Numbered from the stretch's first letter, positions 50,647 through 63,712 are shown. The stretch is 64,000 nucleotides of DNA from Octopus sinensis (GCF_006345805.1 NW_021832536.1:49791-113790), one strand, 5' to 3'. Program-made: numbers and translations. The notes: generated by a model not told the origin, from the sequence alone.

Positions 50647-51125
50647 GATGGGCTACAGCACATATTCTGCTCAATACCACAGATATGTTTGCCAGTTGTT
50701 TGACTTTAACCAGTTGAGCATGTCCCTTAGTGGCTGACGATATGTGCATCTCTGATCACGAGCAGAAGTAGTGGGGGAGCATCATAGCCATGTGTTGAGA
50801 GGGATTGTTTGGGGTTTGAATAATTCACCTCTGGAAACATGGGTGTTTCGTTCAACATCCTTAAACAACCCTTATTCAGGGACCTTTTGAACGGGATGGG
50901 CTACTCAACCTGAAGAAAATTCTAACGGGCTGCCACCTGCAAGGTCATGTGCTGTTTATGTTGATATGAGATCACCATGTCGCGCACATATGGTTGTGAT
51001 GCATGTGCCTGGTGTACCCTTATCAGACGGGTAGTCATGATGGGTATATTGGGCTTCGTATATTTTACCCCAGTGTCACTTTGATGGCATGAACTGCTCT
51101 CTCACTCAATGATAATAATAATAAT
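50645..51125 (+). mobile_element. (AAT)n-tailed retroposon family E
   Basis: ~480 bp shared with 8380-8870, plus a 3' fragment at 42968-43135; ends CTCTCTCACTCAATAATAAT. Confidence 0.75.
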
Positions 51126-51472
51126 AATCCTTTCTACTATAAGTACAGGACCTGAAATTTGTGGTGGTGGGGACTAGTCAATTACATCGACCCCAGTATT
51201 TTACTGGTACTTAATTTTTTTTGAGCCTGAAAGGATGAAAGGTGAAGTCGACCTTGGTGGAGTTTGAACTCAGAATGTAGTGGCAGATGAAATACTGCTA
51301 AGCAATTCATCCGGTGTGCTAATATTACTACTTGGCCAAAAGTTTGGAACATAGGTCTAAAAATTAGAATTATTATATTAAATACTGAAAGGTGTACAGT
51401 AATGCCTCGACTATCACAGGTGTTATGTTCCAAAACTCTCCACGATGGGTAAAACTCCGCAGAGTTGAACCA

Positions 51473-52392
51473 GTACTCTTTTACTTGTTTTAGTCATTTG
51501 ACTGCGGCCATGCTGGAGCACCGCCTTTAGTCGAGCAAATCGACCCCCTGGACTTACTCTTTGTAAGCCCAGTACTTATTCTATCGGTCTCTTTTGCCGA
51601 ACCGCTAAGTGACGGTGACGTAAACACACCAGCATCGGTTGTCAAGCGATGTTGGGGAGACAAACACAGACACACAAATATACACACGCATATTATATAT
51701 ATAATATATATATATATATACATATATACGACAGGCTTCTTTCAGTTTCCGTCTACCAAATCCACTCACAAGGCATTGGTCGGCCCGGGGCTATAGCAGA
51801 AGACACTTGCCCAAGATGCCGCGCAGTGGGACTGAACCCGGAACAATGTAGTTGGTTAGCAAGCTACTTACCACACAGCCACTCCTGCGCTATATGGCAA
51901 GGAATTACTGCATTTTATTTGCAACATTTTATTTGGCCAAAAGTTTGGAACAGGTTTGAGAATTAGAAATTTTATTGTAACTGCACAAATACATACATTG
52001 TTTATATTTGAATTGAATTGTACTTACTCTTTTACTCTTTAACTTGTTTCAGACATTTGACTGCGGCCATGCTGGAGCACCGCCTTTAGTCGAGCAAATC
52101 AACCCCGGGACTTATTCTTTGTAAGCCCAGTACTTATTCTATCGGTCCCTTTTGCCGAACCGCTAAGTGACGGGGACGTAAACACACCAGCATCGGTTGT
52201 CAAGCAATGCTAGGGAGACAAACACACACACACATATATATACATATATACGAAAGGCTTCTTTCAGTTTCCGTCAACCAAATCCACTCCTGAAGACTTT
52301 GGTCGGCCCGAGGCTATAGTAGAAGACACTTGCCCAAGGTGCCATGCAGTGGGACTGAAAGCGGAACCATGTGGTTGGTAAGCAAGCTACTT
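51473..52392 (-). mobile_element. Two family A SINEs in tandem (about 51473-51890 and 52025-52392)
   Basis: Two reverse near-consensus copies. Confidence 0.85.
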
Positions 52393-53034
52393 ACCACACA
52401 GCCACTCCTGCGACTGATCATAATTTTAATTCAAGAAAAAAATGTTTCAAATTTTTGGCCACGACTGTACAGTTATCAGGTACATTACAAAAAAAAAAAA
52501 AAAAAAAAAGACGTTTAGGAAGCCGTTACATAGAATCGAACCCCGTACCTCTCAAATTACAGATAAGCGCTCTGTACCGTTAAGCTAAGCGATCCATGAT
52601 GTCTACGTAAACCATGTGATCGAAGATAGAAAAGTAGGCGAGACACAATGTGGACGTATAAGCCTTTAATATACTTAATTCGTATGATATGGTTGCATAC
52701 TGGAATAGTGTTCCACTTACCAGCGATTCATATATTTCAATGTGGAGATTTTAAAGGGAGACAACTTATGTTCTGTTTTGGATTTGGTTTGCAAGATTCT
52801 TTATGTGAGTTCGTGTGTTGAAGCATATTCTGTTGTGTCTGGGGAGAGTAATTCTCTTTTTGTGCCTTATTATTTAACACACTCACCGGTAAAATTTCCA
52901 CGTGTTTCCTATTTTTATTGTCCTAAAATTTTCGTTGCGTCATGCAACCTTTTCAATAGTCAAGATGCAACGAAAATTTTAGGACAATAAAAATAAGAAA
53001 TAAGTGGAAATTTTACCGGTGAGTGTGTTACATT

Positions 53035-53451
53035 GGATCTTTTCGGTTTGAACGGCAGTTTTTTAAAATAATTTCCACGTAACTAAACACTTTTAAACTT
53101 CGTATACTGGTAGGATGTGTTCATAAAACATCTTTTTCTCTTGGCCTTATTGAGAAAATTCTATAGTTTGTAAGATATTTGTGTTTTTTTCTTCAATTTC
53201 TGCAATTTCACCCAATCAATGACGTCTATTGAGATGAAAACATTCTGTGCCGTATGAATATGTCCCTCGTTTAAGAAACAGATTGGGTTTATTTACATTT
53301 CTGAAGAAAAAAAAAGATACCCTTTCCCCCATCCCTAACCCTAACCCTAAAACAGATTGAAATGCAATAGATCGATACTAAGGTCATAATTATGGGTGAC
53401 AATTTCATATGACACTGCTAGAAAAAACTGCCGTTCAAACCGAAAAGATCC
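53035..53451. mobile_element. ~420-bp MITE with 24-bp TIRs and an 8-bp TSD (GTTACATT)
   Basis: Perfect TIRs; GTTACATT at 53027-53034 and 53452-53459; an 8-bp TSD is typical of hAT elements. Confidence 0.85.
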
Positions 53452-53761
53452 GTTACATTATAAAGCACAAAAAGAAAATGACTCTCCCCAGACACAACTT
53501 ATGTTAGTGTTCCCCTTGAATTGTTATAGCATGATGGAAGCCTTTACCAGTTGATGTAAACCCTAACTATGATATAAACTTCAATTGAAGTTACTTCACT
53601 TATATTAAACATTTGGAAAGGCATCAGAGCCACAGGGCATTCAGCAAAAGAGACCGATAGAATAAGTACTAGGCTTACAATAAGTCCTGGGATCGATTTG
53701 CTCGATTAAAAGCATGGTGACAGTCAAATGACTGAAACAAGTAAAAGAGTAAAAGATCCAT

Positions 53762-54450
53762 GAAGAAATTGGTATGTATTGGAAGGGCCCCTGAAAAAAT
53801 TGGTTATGTATTGCAAAGGTCCCTGAAAAAATTGGTTATGTATTGCAAGGGTGTCTGAAAAAATTGGTTATGTATTGCAAGGGTCCCTGAAAAAATTGGT
53901 TATGTTTGCAAGGGTCCCTGAAAAATTGGTTATGTAATGCAAGGGTCCCTGAAAAAATTGGTTATGTATTGCAAGGGTCCCTGAAAAAATTGGTTATGTA
54001 TTGCAAGGGTCCCTGAAAAAATTGGTTATGTATTGCAAGGGTCCCTGAAAAAATTGGTTATGTATTGCAAGGGTGTCTGAAAAAATTGGTTATGTATTGC
54101 AAGGGTCCCTGAAAAAATTGGTTATGTATTGCAAGGGTGTCTGAAAAAATTGGTTATGTATTGCAAGGGTCCCTGAAAAAATTGGTTATGCATTGCAAGG
54201 GTCCCTGAAAAAATTGGTATGTATTGGAAGGGTCCCTGAAAAAATTGGTTATGTATTGGAAGGGCCCTTGAAAAAATTGGTTATGTATTGGAAGGGCCCT
54301 TGAAAAAATTGGTTATGTATTGCAAGGGTCCCTGAAAAAATTGGTTATGTATTGGAAGGGCCCTTGAAAAAATTGGTATGTATTGGAAAGGCCCTTGAAA
54401 AAATTGGTCAAGTATTGGAAGGGCCCCTGAAAAAATTGGTATGTATTGCA
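53762..54450. repeat. 32-bp minisatellite, about 21 copies
   Basis: Tandem GAAAAAATTGGTTATGTATTGCAAGGGTCCCT (e.g. 53951, 53983). Confidence 0.95.
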
Positions 54451-54783
54451 AAAAACTGCTAGGTTTCTTTCTCTGACATTTTATATAGTTCAACCTACAC
54501 AAATTAATGTCTGGAAAACAAAAAAGGGATTTTGAAAGAAGTTTCTATAAAACTAAGTTCTAAATATTAAATGGCTGTGTGGTAAGTAGCTTGCTTACCA
54601 ACTACATGGTTCCGAGTTCAGTCCTGCTGCGTGGCACCTTCGGCAAGTGTCTTCTACTATAGCCTCGAGCTGACCAAAGCCTTGTGAGTCGATTAAAATA
54701 ATAATAATAAAATAAAATAATAAATTACGGAGATGTACTTGCATAGCAAGTGACTTGATCTGAGATCGTGTGCTGGAACGAAA

Positions 54784-55017
54784 ACAATTGCAGCGTGGAA
54801 GGTGTTTGTAAGCCATTTAAGAAACACACAGAAGCCGTTCGATTCACTTCAACATTTAAGTTTAATTTGTCTGCAGCACGGATTTTTGTCAGTGAACAGG
54901 TCGCGGTCTTATAGCGACGAAAACATTTTGACAAATTAAACTTAAATGTTGAAGTGAATCGAACGGCTTTTGTGTGTTTCTTAAATGGCTTACAAACACC
55001 TTCCACGCTGCAATTGT
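54784..55017. other. Near-perfect inverted repeat, 88-bp arms, 58-nt loop
   Basis: 54784-54871 is the reverse complement of 54930-55017 with about 1 mismatch. Confidence 0.9.
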
Positions 55018-55743
55018 AAAATAATAAAATAATGATTAAAAGGGTCCATAGGTAAAAAATGGTCGAGAACCCCTGCTTTAGATGTATGTGTTGGTATGTA
55101 TTGTAGGACACAACTAAGTTTCTTTCTCTGATATTTGACACAGTTCAACCTACACAAGTTAATGTGTGAAAAGCAAAATAGGAATTTTGAAAGAAGTTTC
55201 TATAAAACTAGTTTTTAAACAAGGAATGACTCTGGGGGCTCACCGGAATAAAATATTAACCAAAGGGGTTAAGGGAAAGAATGCCGTGTCTAACATAAGC
55301 ACGAAGCTTGAAATTTCGATGAGATGAAAGAAAGAGAGAGAGAGAGAGAGGTGATTTATAGAAGTCATAATGTATTTCGTTGGTATCTTATTTTATCGAT
55401 TAACTCTGAAAGAAAGGCACAGTGAACCATTACGGGACTCGTACTTAAAACAAAGAAGCCACGTAAATAAATTCAGCACCATGTTTTCTCCCGTGATCCA
55501 CTGATTCTGCCAGCCACCATTTTTGTATCGCAGAGGAATACATTATAATAGACGTGGTTGATAACTGCAATGAGAGATACCAAGGGGAAATAACTCAGAA
55601 ACTTTTTTTTCTTTTACAATTAATATTCCAGAGTACTCTCCCTTATAGTAAAGCTATTAATATTTGTTTCAGGTTCTTCGAAACGTTTCCAAGTGGGAAT
55701 GGTCATGGATAGGATGAAGGGGACAGGGAGAATTTAAATCCTA

Positions 55744-55778
<35 letters not shown>

Positions 55779-55897
55779 AATATATATTTTGAAAGAAGTA
55801 TCTATAAAACTAAGTTCTAAATCCCCTTCATCCGATCTATGACCATATATATATCTATATACATATGTATATATACGTATATATATATGTGTGTATA

Positions 55898-56067
55898 TCT
55901 CTTTTACTTGTTTCAGTCATTTGACTGCGGGACTTATTCTTTGTAAGCCCAGTACTTATTCTGTCGGTCTCTTTTGCCGAACCGCTAAGTGACGGGGACG
56001 TAAACACACCAGCATCGGTCGTCAAGCAATGTTAAGGGGACAAACACAGACACACAAACACATACAA

Positions 56068-56098
<31 letters not shown>

Positions 56099-56278
56099 AA
56101 TATATACATATATACGACAGGCTTCTTTTAGTTTCCGTCTACCAAATCTACTCACAAGGCATTGGTCGGCCCGGGGCTATAGCAGAATACACTTGCCCAA
56201 GATGCCACGCAGTGGGACTGAACCCGGAACCATGAGGTTGGTTAGCAAGCTACTTACCACACAGCCACTCCTGCGCCT
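55898..56278 (-). mobile_element. SINE family A
   Basis: Reverse copy with internal deletion. Confidence 0.85.
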
Positions 56279-56286
56279 ATATATAT

Positions 56287-56350
<64 letters not shown>

Positions 56351-56377
56351 ATATGATATATATATATATATATATAT

Positions 56378-56692
56378 CACGTGATCACGTGACCGACCAG
56401 AACATCAGATGTTTGCTACACATCGCTGGTCACAATGCGTTCGCATTGTTTTAGAGCCTTCGAATGACGCCACCCCCCTGGCTAAGCGAGCGACCAACAG
56501 AAGAAAGAGTGAGAGAAAGTTGTGGTGAAAGAGTACAGCAGGGATCACCACCACCCTCTGCTGCCGAAGCCTCGTGGAGCTTTAGGTGTTTTCGCTCAAT
56601 AAGCACTCACAACGCCCGTCTGGGAACCGAAACCACGATCCTACAACCGCGAGTCCGCTGCGCTAACCACTGGCCATTGCGCCTCCACATGT

Positions 56693-56723
<31 letters not shown>

Positions 56724-56958
56724 GTGGAGGCGCATGGCCCAGTGGTTAGGGCAACGGACTCGCGGTTTCGATTCCCAACACCTAAAACTCCACGAGGCTC
56801 TGGCAGGGGTGGTGGCGATCCCTGCTGTACTCTATCGCCACAACTTTCACTCTTTCTTCTGCGGGGTGGCGTCATTTGATGGCTAAAAAACAATGCGAAG
56901 CGCATAGTGACCAGCGATGTGTAGCAACTTCTGATAGCCTGGTCGGTCACGGTGATAT
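56378..56958. mobile_element. Head-to-head pair of family C-type SINEs (- 56378-56690, + 56722-56958)
   Basis: GCGCCTCCACAT-(TA)n-ATGTGGAGGCGC at the centre; both arms end in the same CCGACCAG...CACATCGCTGGTCAC tail. Confidence 0.85.
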
Positions 56959-57004
56959 ATATATATATATATAATATTATATATATATATATATATATAT
57001 ACCT

Positions 57005-59015
57005 GGTAGATAACAGCAAATACACACAACTCTTCACACAGCATTACTATAATTATACTAAGCTAGGGCACAGACATATAACGAAATTAATAAAAGAAGC
57101 TAGCGTCATCGCCGCTAAACTAAATTAGATAAAAAAATAGAAACCCTCCCCCAAAAAGAGGCCTTTATTACTATTAAAGATCACAAGAAACTTCCTTTCC
57201 AACCCTAAATGTGGCTTATCAACCCAGCCAAGTCCAACTAGGGATTATTAGCAAAGAAATTTTAGATAAAATAAATACGAAAATTAAGACCGATACTAGG
57301 CTAGTGCAATGGTCCAATAGTATAGAAGTCGTAGACTGGTTTAAAGCTATTAAGAATAAGAAAGCGAGGTTTACACAATTCGATATTGTTGATTTTATGC
57401 CTCTATCTCTAAAGAACTGCTAGATAAGCCCTAATCTTCGCTAGTGACTTCATAGAAATTAGTACCAATGATAAGGATATAATCTTCCATGCTAGAAAGA
57501 CATTACTTTTCAGTGAGAATGCAAAGTGGTAAAAACACCGACACGGAGGGCGCTTTCGATGTGAGCATGGGTTCATATGATGGGGCAGGCATCTGTGATC
57601 TAATTGGACTCTTTCTCCTAGATACCTTCGGTAAGACATTCCTAACGTACATTTCGCCATCTACAAGATGATGCCCTCGCCTTAACAGCTAATACAAATG
57701 GACCAGCACAAGATCGTTTTAGGAAGGATATTATCCAGTTAATGAACACTTCGGACTTAGTATAACTATAGACACTAACCTGACGGTTGTCATTTCTTAG
57801 ACGTTTCCTTAGATCTTAATAATAATATTTATAAGCCTTATAGGAAGCCCAATGATAGACTAAGTTATATTAATGTAGGTTCATGCCATCCCCCTATAGT
57901 ATTCAAAAATTTAGTTAAAAATATTAGTAAGAGGATTTCTAGCCCTCATCTAATGAGGACATCTTCAATAGCGTTGCCCCAGTTTATAATAAAGCTTTAA
58001 AAGATAGTGGTTTTAGCGAAAATATAAATATACACCATCACCCATCACCAACAGTAAGGAAAAGGAATAATAGAAATAGGAAGGTCATCTGGTTTACGCG
58101 CCCTTACTCACCCGAGGTGGCCTTCAATATAGGTAAATATTTCCTTCCTAGCACTGATAGATAGACATTTTCCAGTTAACCATGCTTATAGGAAACTCTT
58201 CAATAGACCAAATTTAAAAATTAGTTTTAGTTCAACTACCAATTTTAAAAACATAATCAATCATAACATACAAAAAACACAAGAAGAAAACAGCTGTTCA
58301 TGCAGGAATAAAGAATTGTGCCCGCTAAATGGAGCTTGCATGTCCAAGACCATCATATATGAAGCTACCGTAAACTCTATAACCACTAAAGACACCGTTT
58401 GCGACGAAAAATACGTGGCCTGACAGAGGGTAATTTCAAGGCCAGGTTCAATAACCACACTTTGAGCTTTAGGCACTGGAACAAAGAAAAGCGACACAAT
58501 TATCCAATCATATTTGGTCTTTAAGAGATAAAGGTGTCGATTATAACATACAATGGAAGATTTTGGCCAGATGTAAGCCCTACACTAACGGCAGCGGAAG
58601 GTGCGGTTTATGCGACATGGAGAGATGGCTTATCTGGAAAAGCAGCTTAGACCCCTACCACATGTCTAAATACAAAGACAGAGCTTTTCGGATCATGCCC
58701 ACATGTGACTAAATTTCTGTTACGTTTTTGGTCCCCTAAAGAAAACAGATAGAACATGCTTTCTGTGTTATTCCCAAGAAGATTTTATATATTTTTATAT
58801 ATTTTTATGTATTTTATATAATTTTTATGACGAAAAATGCGAGCGATGTATAAGTACGCAGGCAAAGCAGAGTTATAACAGAGTAATTTCCCTTCATTTT
58901 TAACGGTATTTTTTCATAACGTTTTCAAATAGCCAGATAACCGAAGAGATGGTGTTGTGGATTTCCACTTCGGCATCTGAAACTCAGAGTTTTATCTTGA
59001 CTACCGAGTATGTAA
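57005..59015 (+). pseudogene. Decayed Penelope-like element (RT plus GIY-YIG endonuclease), Naiad-like
   Basis: Frameshifted frames give NPKC.LINPAKS, QFDIVDF, FDVSMGSYDGA.ICDL.G, (Y)RDD-like, FLDV, WF..PYS, CSCRNKELCPLNGAC, IIYEATV, LTEGNFKARFNNH, RCGLC. Confidence 0.85.
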
Positions 59016-59019
59016 CATA

Positions 59020-59069
59020 TTGTATATATATATATATATATATAGATATATTATATATATATATATATT

Positions 59070-59103
<34 letters not shown>

Positions 59104-59160
59104 TATAATATATATATATTATATATATATTACACACACACACACACCACACACACACAC

Positions 59161-59205
<45 letters not shown>

Positions 59206-59350
59206 ATATATATATATATTACACTATAATATAGATATATATCACACACATATATATATAGATATATATCACACATATATATATAGATATATATCACCCA
59301 ATATATATAGATATATATCGCACACATATTTATACACTCACACACATATA
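59020..59350. repeat. (TA)/(CA) microsatellite block
   Basis: Direct reading. Confidence 0.9.
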
Positions 59351-59699
59351 TATGTCATATCTTTTACTTGTTTCAGTTATTAGGCTGTGGCCATGCTGGG
59401 ACACTGCCTTTTAGAGTTCTTAGTCGAATAAATCGATCCCAGTACTTATTATTTTAAGCCTAGTACTTATTCTATCGGTTCCCTTATGCCGAACCGCTAT
59501 ATTACGGGAACCTAAACACACCAGCACCGGTTGTCAATCGGTTGTAGGGGACAAACACATGCACATAGATATAACACACACACACACACACAACAGGTGT
59601 CTTTCAGTTTCCGTTAACCGAATCGACTCATAAGATTTCGATCGACTGTAGACCATAGTAGGAGACACTTACCCACAGTGACACACAGTCAGACTGAAA

Positions 59700-60463
59700 C
59701 GACTGCTCAACCACTCAAATGTGGAAGTCATATATCTCGACTTTGCAAAGGCCTTTGATAAAGTCGATTATGGAATGCTGTCACAAACTGCGTGATCTTG
59801 GCATAGTTGGAAAATTGGGAGAGTGGTTTCATGACTTTCTGAAGGATAGAAGTTAGGTGGTAGTAGCCAATGGGGCCACTTCCACTAACACGCAAATAGT
59901 GAGCGGTGTTCCGCAGGGCACTGTTTTGGGACCACTACTGTTCATAATGGCCCTCTCAGACATGCCCTCAGCCACGCAGAGAGCCCCGATCACAAATTAT
60001 GCAGATGATACAAAAGTTTCACAGGCAATACAGAACCTTGAAGACACTAAGCACCTGCAATGTGAGCTGGACAAAATATACAAGTGGGCTGAAAAGAATA
60101 GCATGCAGTTCAATGCTGAAAAGTTTCAAGATCTATGCTATCACCACGCAAAACTAAATGCAATACCCAATCAATACACTGGACCTGGAGGGACTGCAAT
60201 CCCAGAGGCACAATCAGTGCGAGACCTGGGTATTTACATGAGTGATGATGCAACCTTTCATGTGTTTGTTGCTAAATTGGCAATGAAATGTAGGCGGCTG
60301 ACCGGATGGATTCTTAGAACCTTCAGAACAAGAGACCAGGAAACCATGATGGTCCTCTGGAGGACACTTGTCCCAAGCCACTTTGACTATTGCTCTCAGC
60401 TATGGTTACCATCCAGTGTCAAGTTAATCACAGAACTTGAGGCGATCCAACGAAGCTACACAG
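59700..60463 (+). pseudogene. CR1-group LINE reverse transcriptase fragment
   Basis: YLDFAKAFDKVD (upstream, disrupted), SGVPQGTVLGPLLF, YADDTK, DLGIYMS, HFDYCSQLW motifs. Confidence 0.9.
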
Positions 60464-60554
60464 AGACTATCTTCTTCGTGTAGCTTCGTTGGATCCCCTC
60501 AAGTTCTGTGATTAACTTGACACTGGATGGTGACCATAGCTGAGAGCAATAGTC
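60385..60554. other. Foldback inversion, 77-bp arms, 16-nt loop, terminating the LINE fragment
   Basis: 60478-60554 is the reverse complement of 60385-60461 with about 2 mismatches. Confidence 0.92.
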
Positions 60555-60844
60555 GTTGGACAGTTTTGTTAAAATAGAACCGAAATAACAATTTTATCAA
60601 AACTAGTTAAAGGATACACCTTTAAAAATGGGTTTGTTTCATTGGTCCTTTCAAATAACGGTCTAAAGCATGCTATAAACAAAATAAACAAATTCAATAT
60701 AAATTATAAAAATCGAGGAAAAACCTTAAATCGAAGAGCGGATTCAAAATACATATTGTCATTAATTATATGGAAAACATAATTCGATTAATACAATTAA
60801 TACATTAAAAATTAATACATAAAATTAAAAAAATTAAAAATTGA

Positions 60845-60946
60845 AAATGTGTATGTATGTATGTATGTATGTATGTATGTATGTATGTATGCATGTATGT
60901 ATATATATATGTATGTATGTATATATATATATGTATGTATGTATGA

Positions 60947-60979
<33 letters not shown>

Positions 60980-61128
60980 TGCATGTATGCATGTATGTAT
61001 ATATATATGTATGTATGTATGTATATATTATATATATGTGTATGTATGTATGAATATATGTAGTATGTATGCACGTATGTATATGTATGTATGTATGTAT
61101 GAATATATGTAGTATGTATGCACGTATG

Positions 61129-61160
<32 letters not shown>

Positions 61161-61605
61161 TGTATGCATGTATGCATGTAAGTATATATATGTATGTATA
61201 TATGTATGTATGAATATATGTAGTATGTATGCACGTATGTATATGTATGTGTGTATGTATGTATACGAATTTGTGTACATATGTATGTACGTATGTATGT
61301 ATGTATGTATGTATGCATGCATGTATGTATATATATGTATGTATATATGTATGTATGTATGAATATATGTATGCATGCATGTATGCATGTATGTATGTAT
61401 ACGTATGTGTGTATGTATGTATACGAATGTGTGTGTATAAATGTATGTATGTACGTATGTACGTATGTATGTATGTATACATGCATGTATGTATATATAT
61501 GTATGTATGCATGCATGCATGCATGTATGTATGTATGTATGTATGTATGTATGTATGTATGTATGTATGTATACGTATGTGTGTATGTATATATGTATAT
61601 ATACA
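60845..61605. repeat. (ATGT)n compound microsatellite
   Basis: Direct reading. Confidence 0.93.
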
Positions 61606-62054
61606 TCCCTCCCCCCCCACACACATAATTACAAGAGTAATAAAACCCCGGGATTCTATAACGTCATTACTCTGAGTTTCGCGTTACCTCCTTTCGATAC
61701 ACACTCATATAATATACATACATACACAAACAAATATTTTAGAAAAATATCTTCTCATGTATTTTCATGTTGCAGATCACGAGAGAGCTAATTAATTTCG
61801 TACAAAATTAAGAGCCTAATGAAATTTTACAAGACATAACCCCCCCCCCCCGAAATATTACTTACAAATAAAAATAGGTTATTGATCCTTACGTTAGCGA
61901 TTGATCATTACGTTAGCGAACTGGCAGAATCGTTAGCATGCCACATAAAAAATATTTTGGCAGCATTTATTTCAGTTTATATTCCAAGTTCAAATGATGG
62001 CGAGGCTTTGTTCTTGTAGCAGAAAGGTGTTATTTGATTGAATGTTTCGATGGC

Positions 62055-62380
62055 GTGCTGGCAGAAACGTTAGCACGCCGGCCGAAATACTTAGCGGTAT
62101 TTCGTCTGCCGTTACGTTCTGAGTTCAAATTACGCCGAGGTCGACTTTGCCTTTCATCCTTTCGGGGTCGATGAATTAAGTACCAGTTTTGCACTGGGGT
62201 CGATGTAATGGACTTAATTCCTTTGTCTGTCCTTGTTTGTCCCCTCTGTGTTTAGCCCCTTGTGGGTAGTAAAGAAATAGGTATTTCGTCTGCTGTTATG
62301 TTCTGAGTTCAAATTCCGCCGAGGTCGACTTTGCCTTTCATCCTTTCGGGGTCGATAAATTAAGTACCAGTTACGCACTG
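62055..62380 (+). mobile_element. SINE family B with two body units
   Basis: Same head and units. Confidence 0.8.
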
Positions 62381-62584
62381 CCTGGTGTGATTGACATAGA
62401 GACTGAACCCTCCTGAATATACCCTTCATTTCTAACCAACAAACCAACGATTATATTCACTTACAAACTGACCCGTACACACACACCACACACACACACA
62501 CACACACCACAAGTGCAGATACGAAGGTATATGTATGAGCACGTATGTAAACACATACATATACGTATGTATATATATATATAT

Positions 62585-62630
<46 letters not shown>

Positions 62631-63094
62631 GAACGTTTGTAGCGCGGGTGGTGGCGGGGTATCGTAAAAATCTATGTCAGTAATTAGTTGAGATAAAAGA
62701 GTTTGAATTACAAGAAAGTAATTAACGAATTGTTTCTTTTATCTCTTATATTTATTTATCACGTTCGTTTTTAACGAAAATCTATGGAAGAGAAGAATTG
62801 GCAGAAATGAAATCCCCGGAATAGAAAAAATTGAACATAATGGTAATCTATGGAATAGAGGAGGTGACATAAAAGAAATCTATGAAGTAAAGTAAAGAAA
62901 GAAAGAAATCTTATGGAATGCAATCATTGACAGAAACGATGGAATTGAATAGTTTTAATTGTATGCCTATAAGTATATCATACATTTCAAATTATATCTC
63001 AAAGCAAAAACAATGAAAATGCTCACTATTACGGAAACAGCTGTTAAGACTTGAAATTTGGAATAATGCCTTTTCTTCTTGCATAATCTACACA

Positions 63095-63132
63095 GACATA
63101 CAAATACATACACGCACGCACACACACACACA

Positions 63133-63172
<40 letters not shown>

Positions 63173-63678
63173 ACATATTAATGCATACACGCACGTTCGC
63201 ACACACACACGCATTCACTCACTCTCTCTCTCACACACACAAACACATACACGCATGCACGCACATAGACACACACTCACACACATACAAATACATACAC
63301 GCACGCACGCACACACACACTTAGACACACACTCACACACATACGAATACATACACGCACGCACGCACGCTCACATACACTCACACACATACAAATACAT
63401 ACACGCACCCTCACACACACTCTCACGCATACAAATACATACACGCACGCTCGCATACACACACTCAAACACATACGAATACATACACGCACGCACATAC
63501 GCTTCACATGCACTCACACACATACAAATTCATACACGCACGCACGCACGCTCACACACACTCACACACATACAAATACATACACGCACGCACACACACA
63601 TTCACATACACACACACGCATTCATTCACTCACACACACACACATAAAAATACATACACGCATGCACCCACGCATTCA

Positions 63679-63712
<34 letters not shown>
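63095..63712. repeat. (CA)-rich degenerate microsatellite
   Basis: Direct reading. Confidence 0.92.

Noticed and set aside
57005-60483. An intact autonomous retroelement or a second host gene
   Set aside because: Both RT regions have frameshifts or stops and are truncated; no other host exons were recognised after 47056
60805-61791. Long H/T/Y/I and M/Y/V/C ORFs (also at 11806-12374, 27026-27350, 58949-59383, 63079-63783)
   Set aside because: Microsatellite translations
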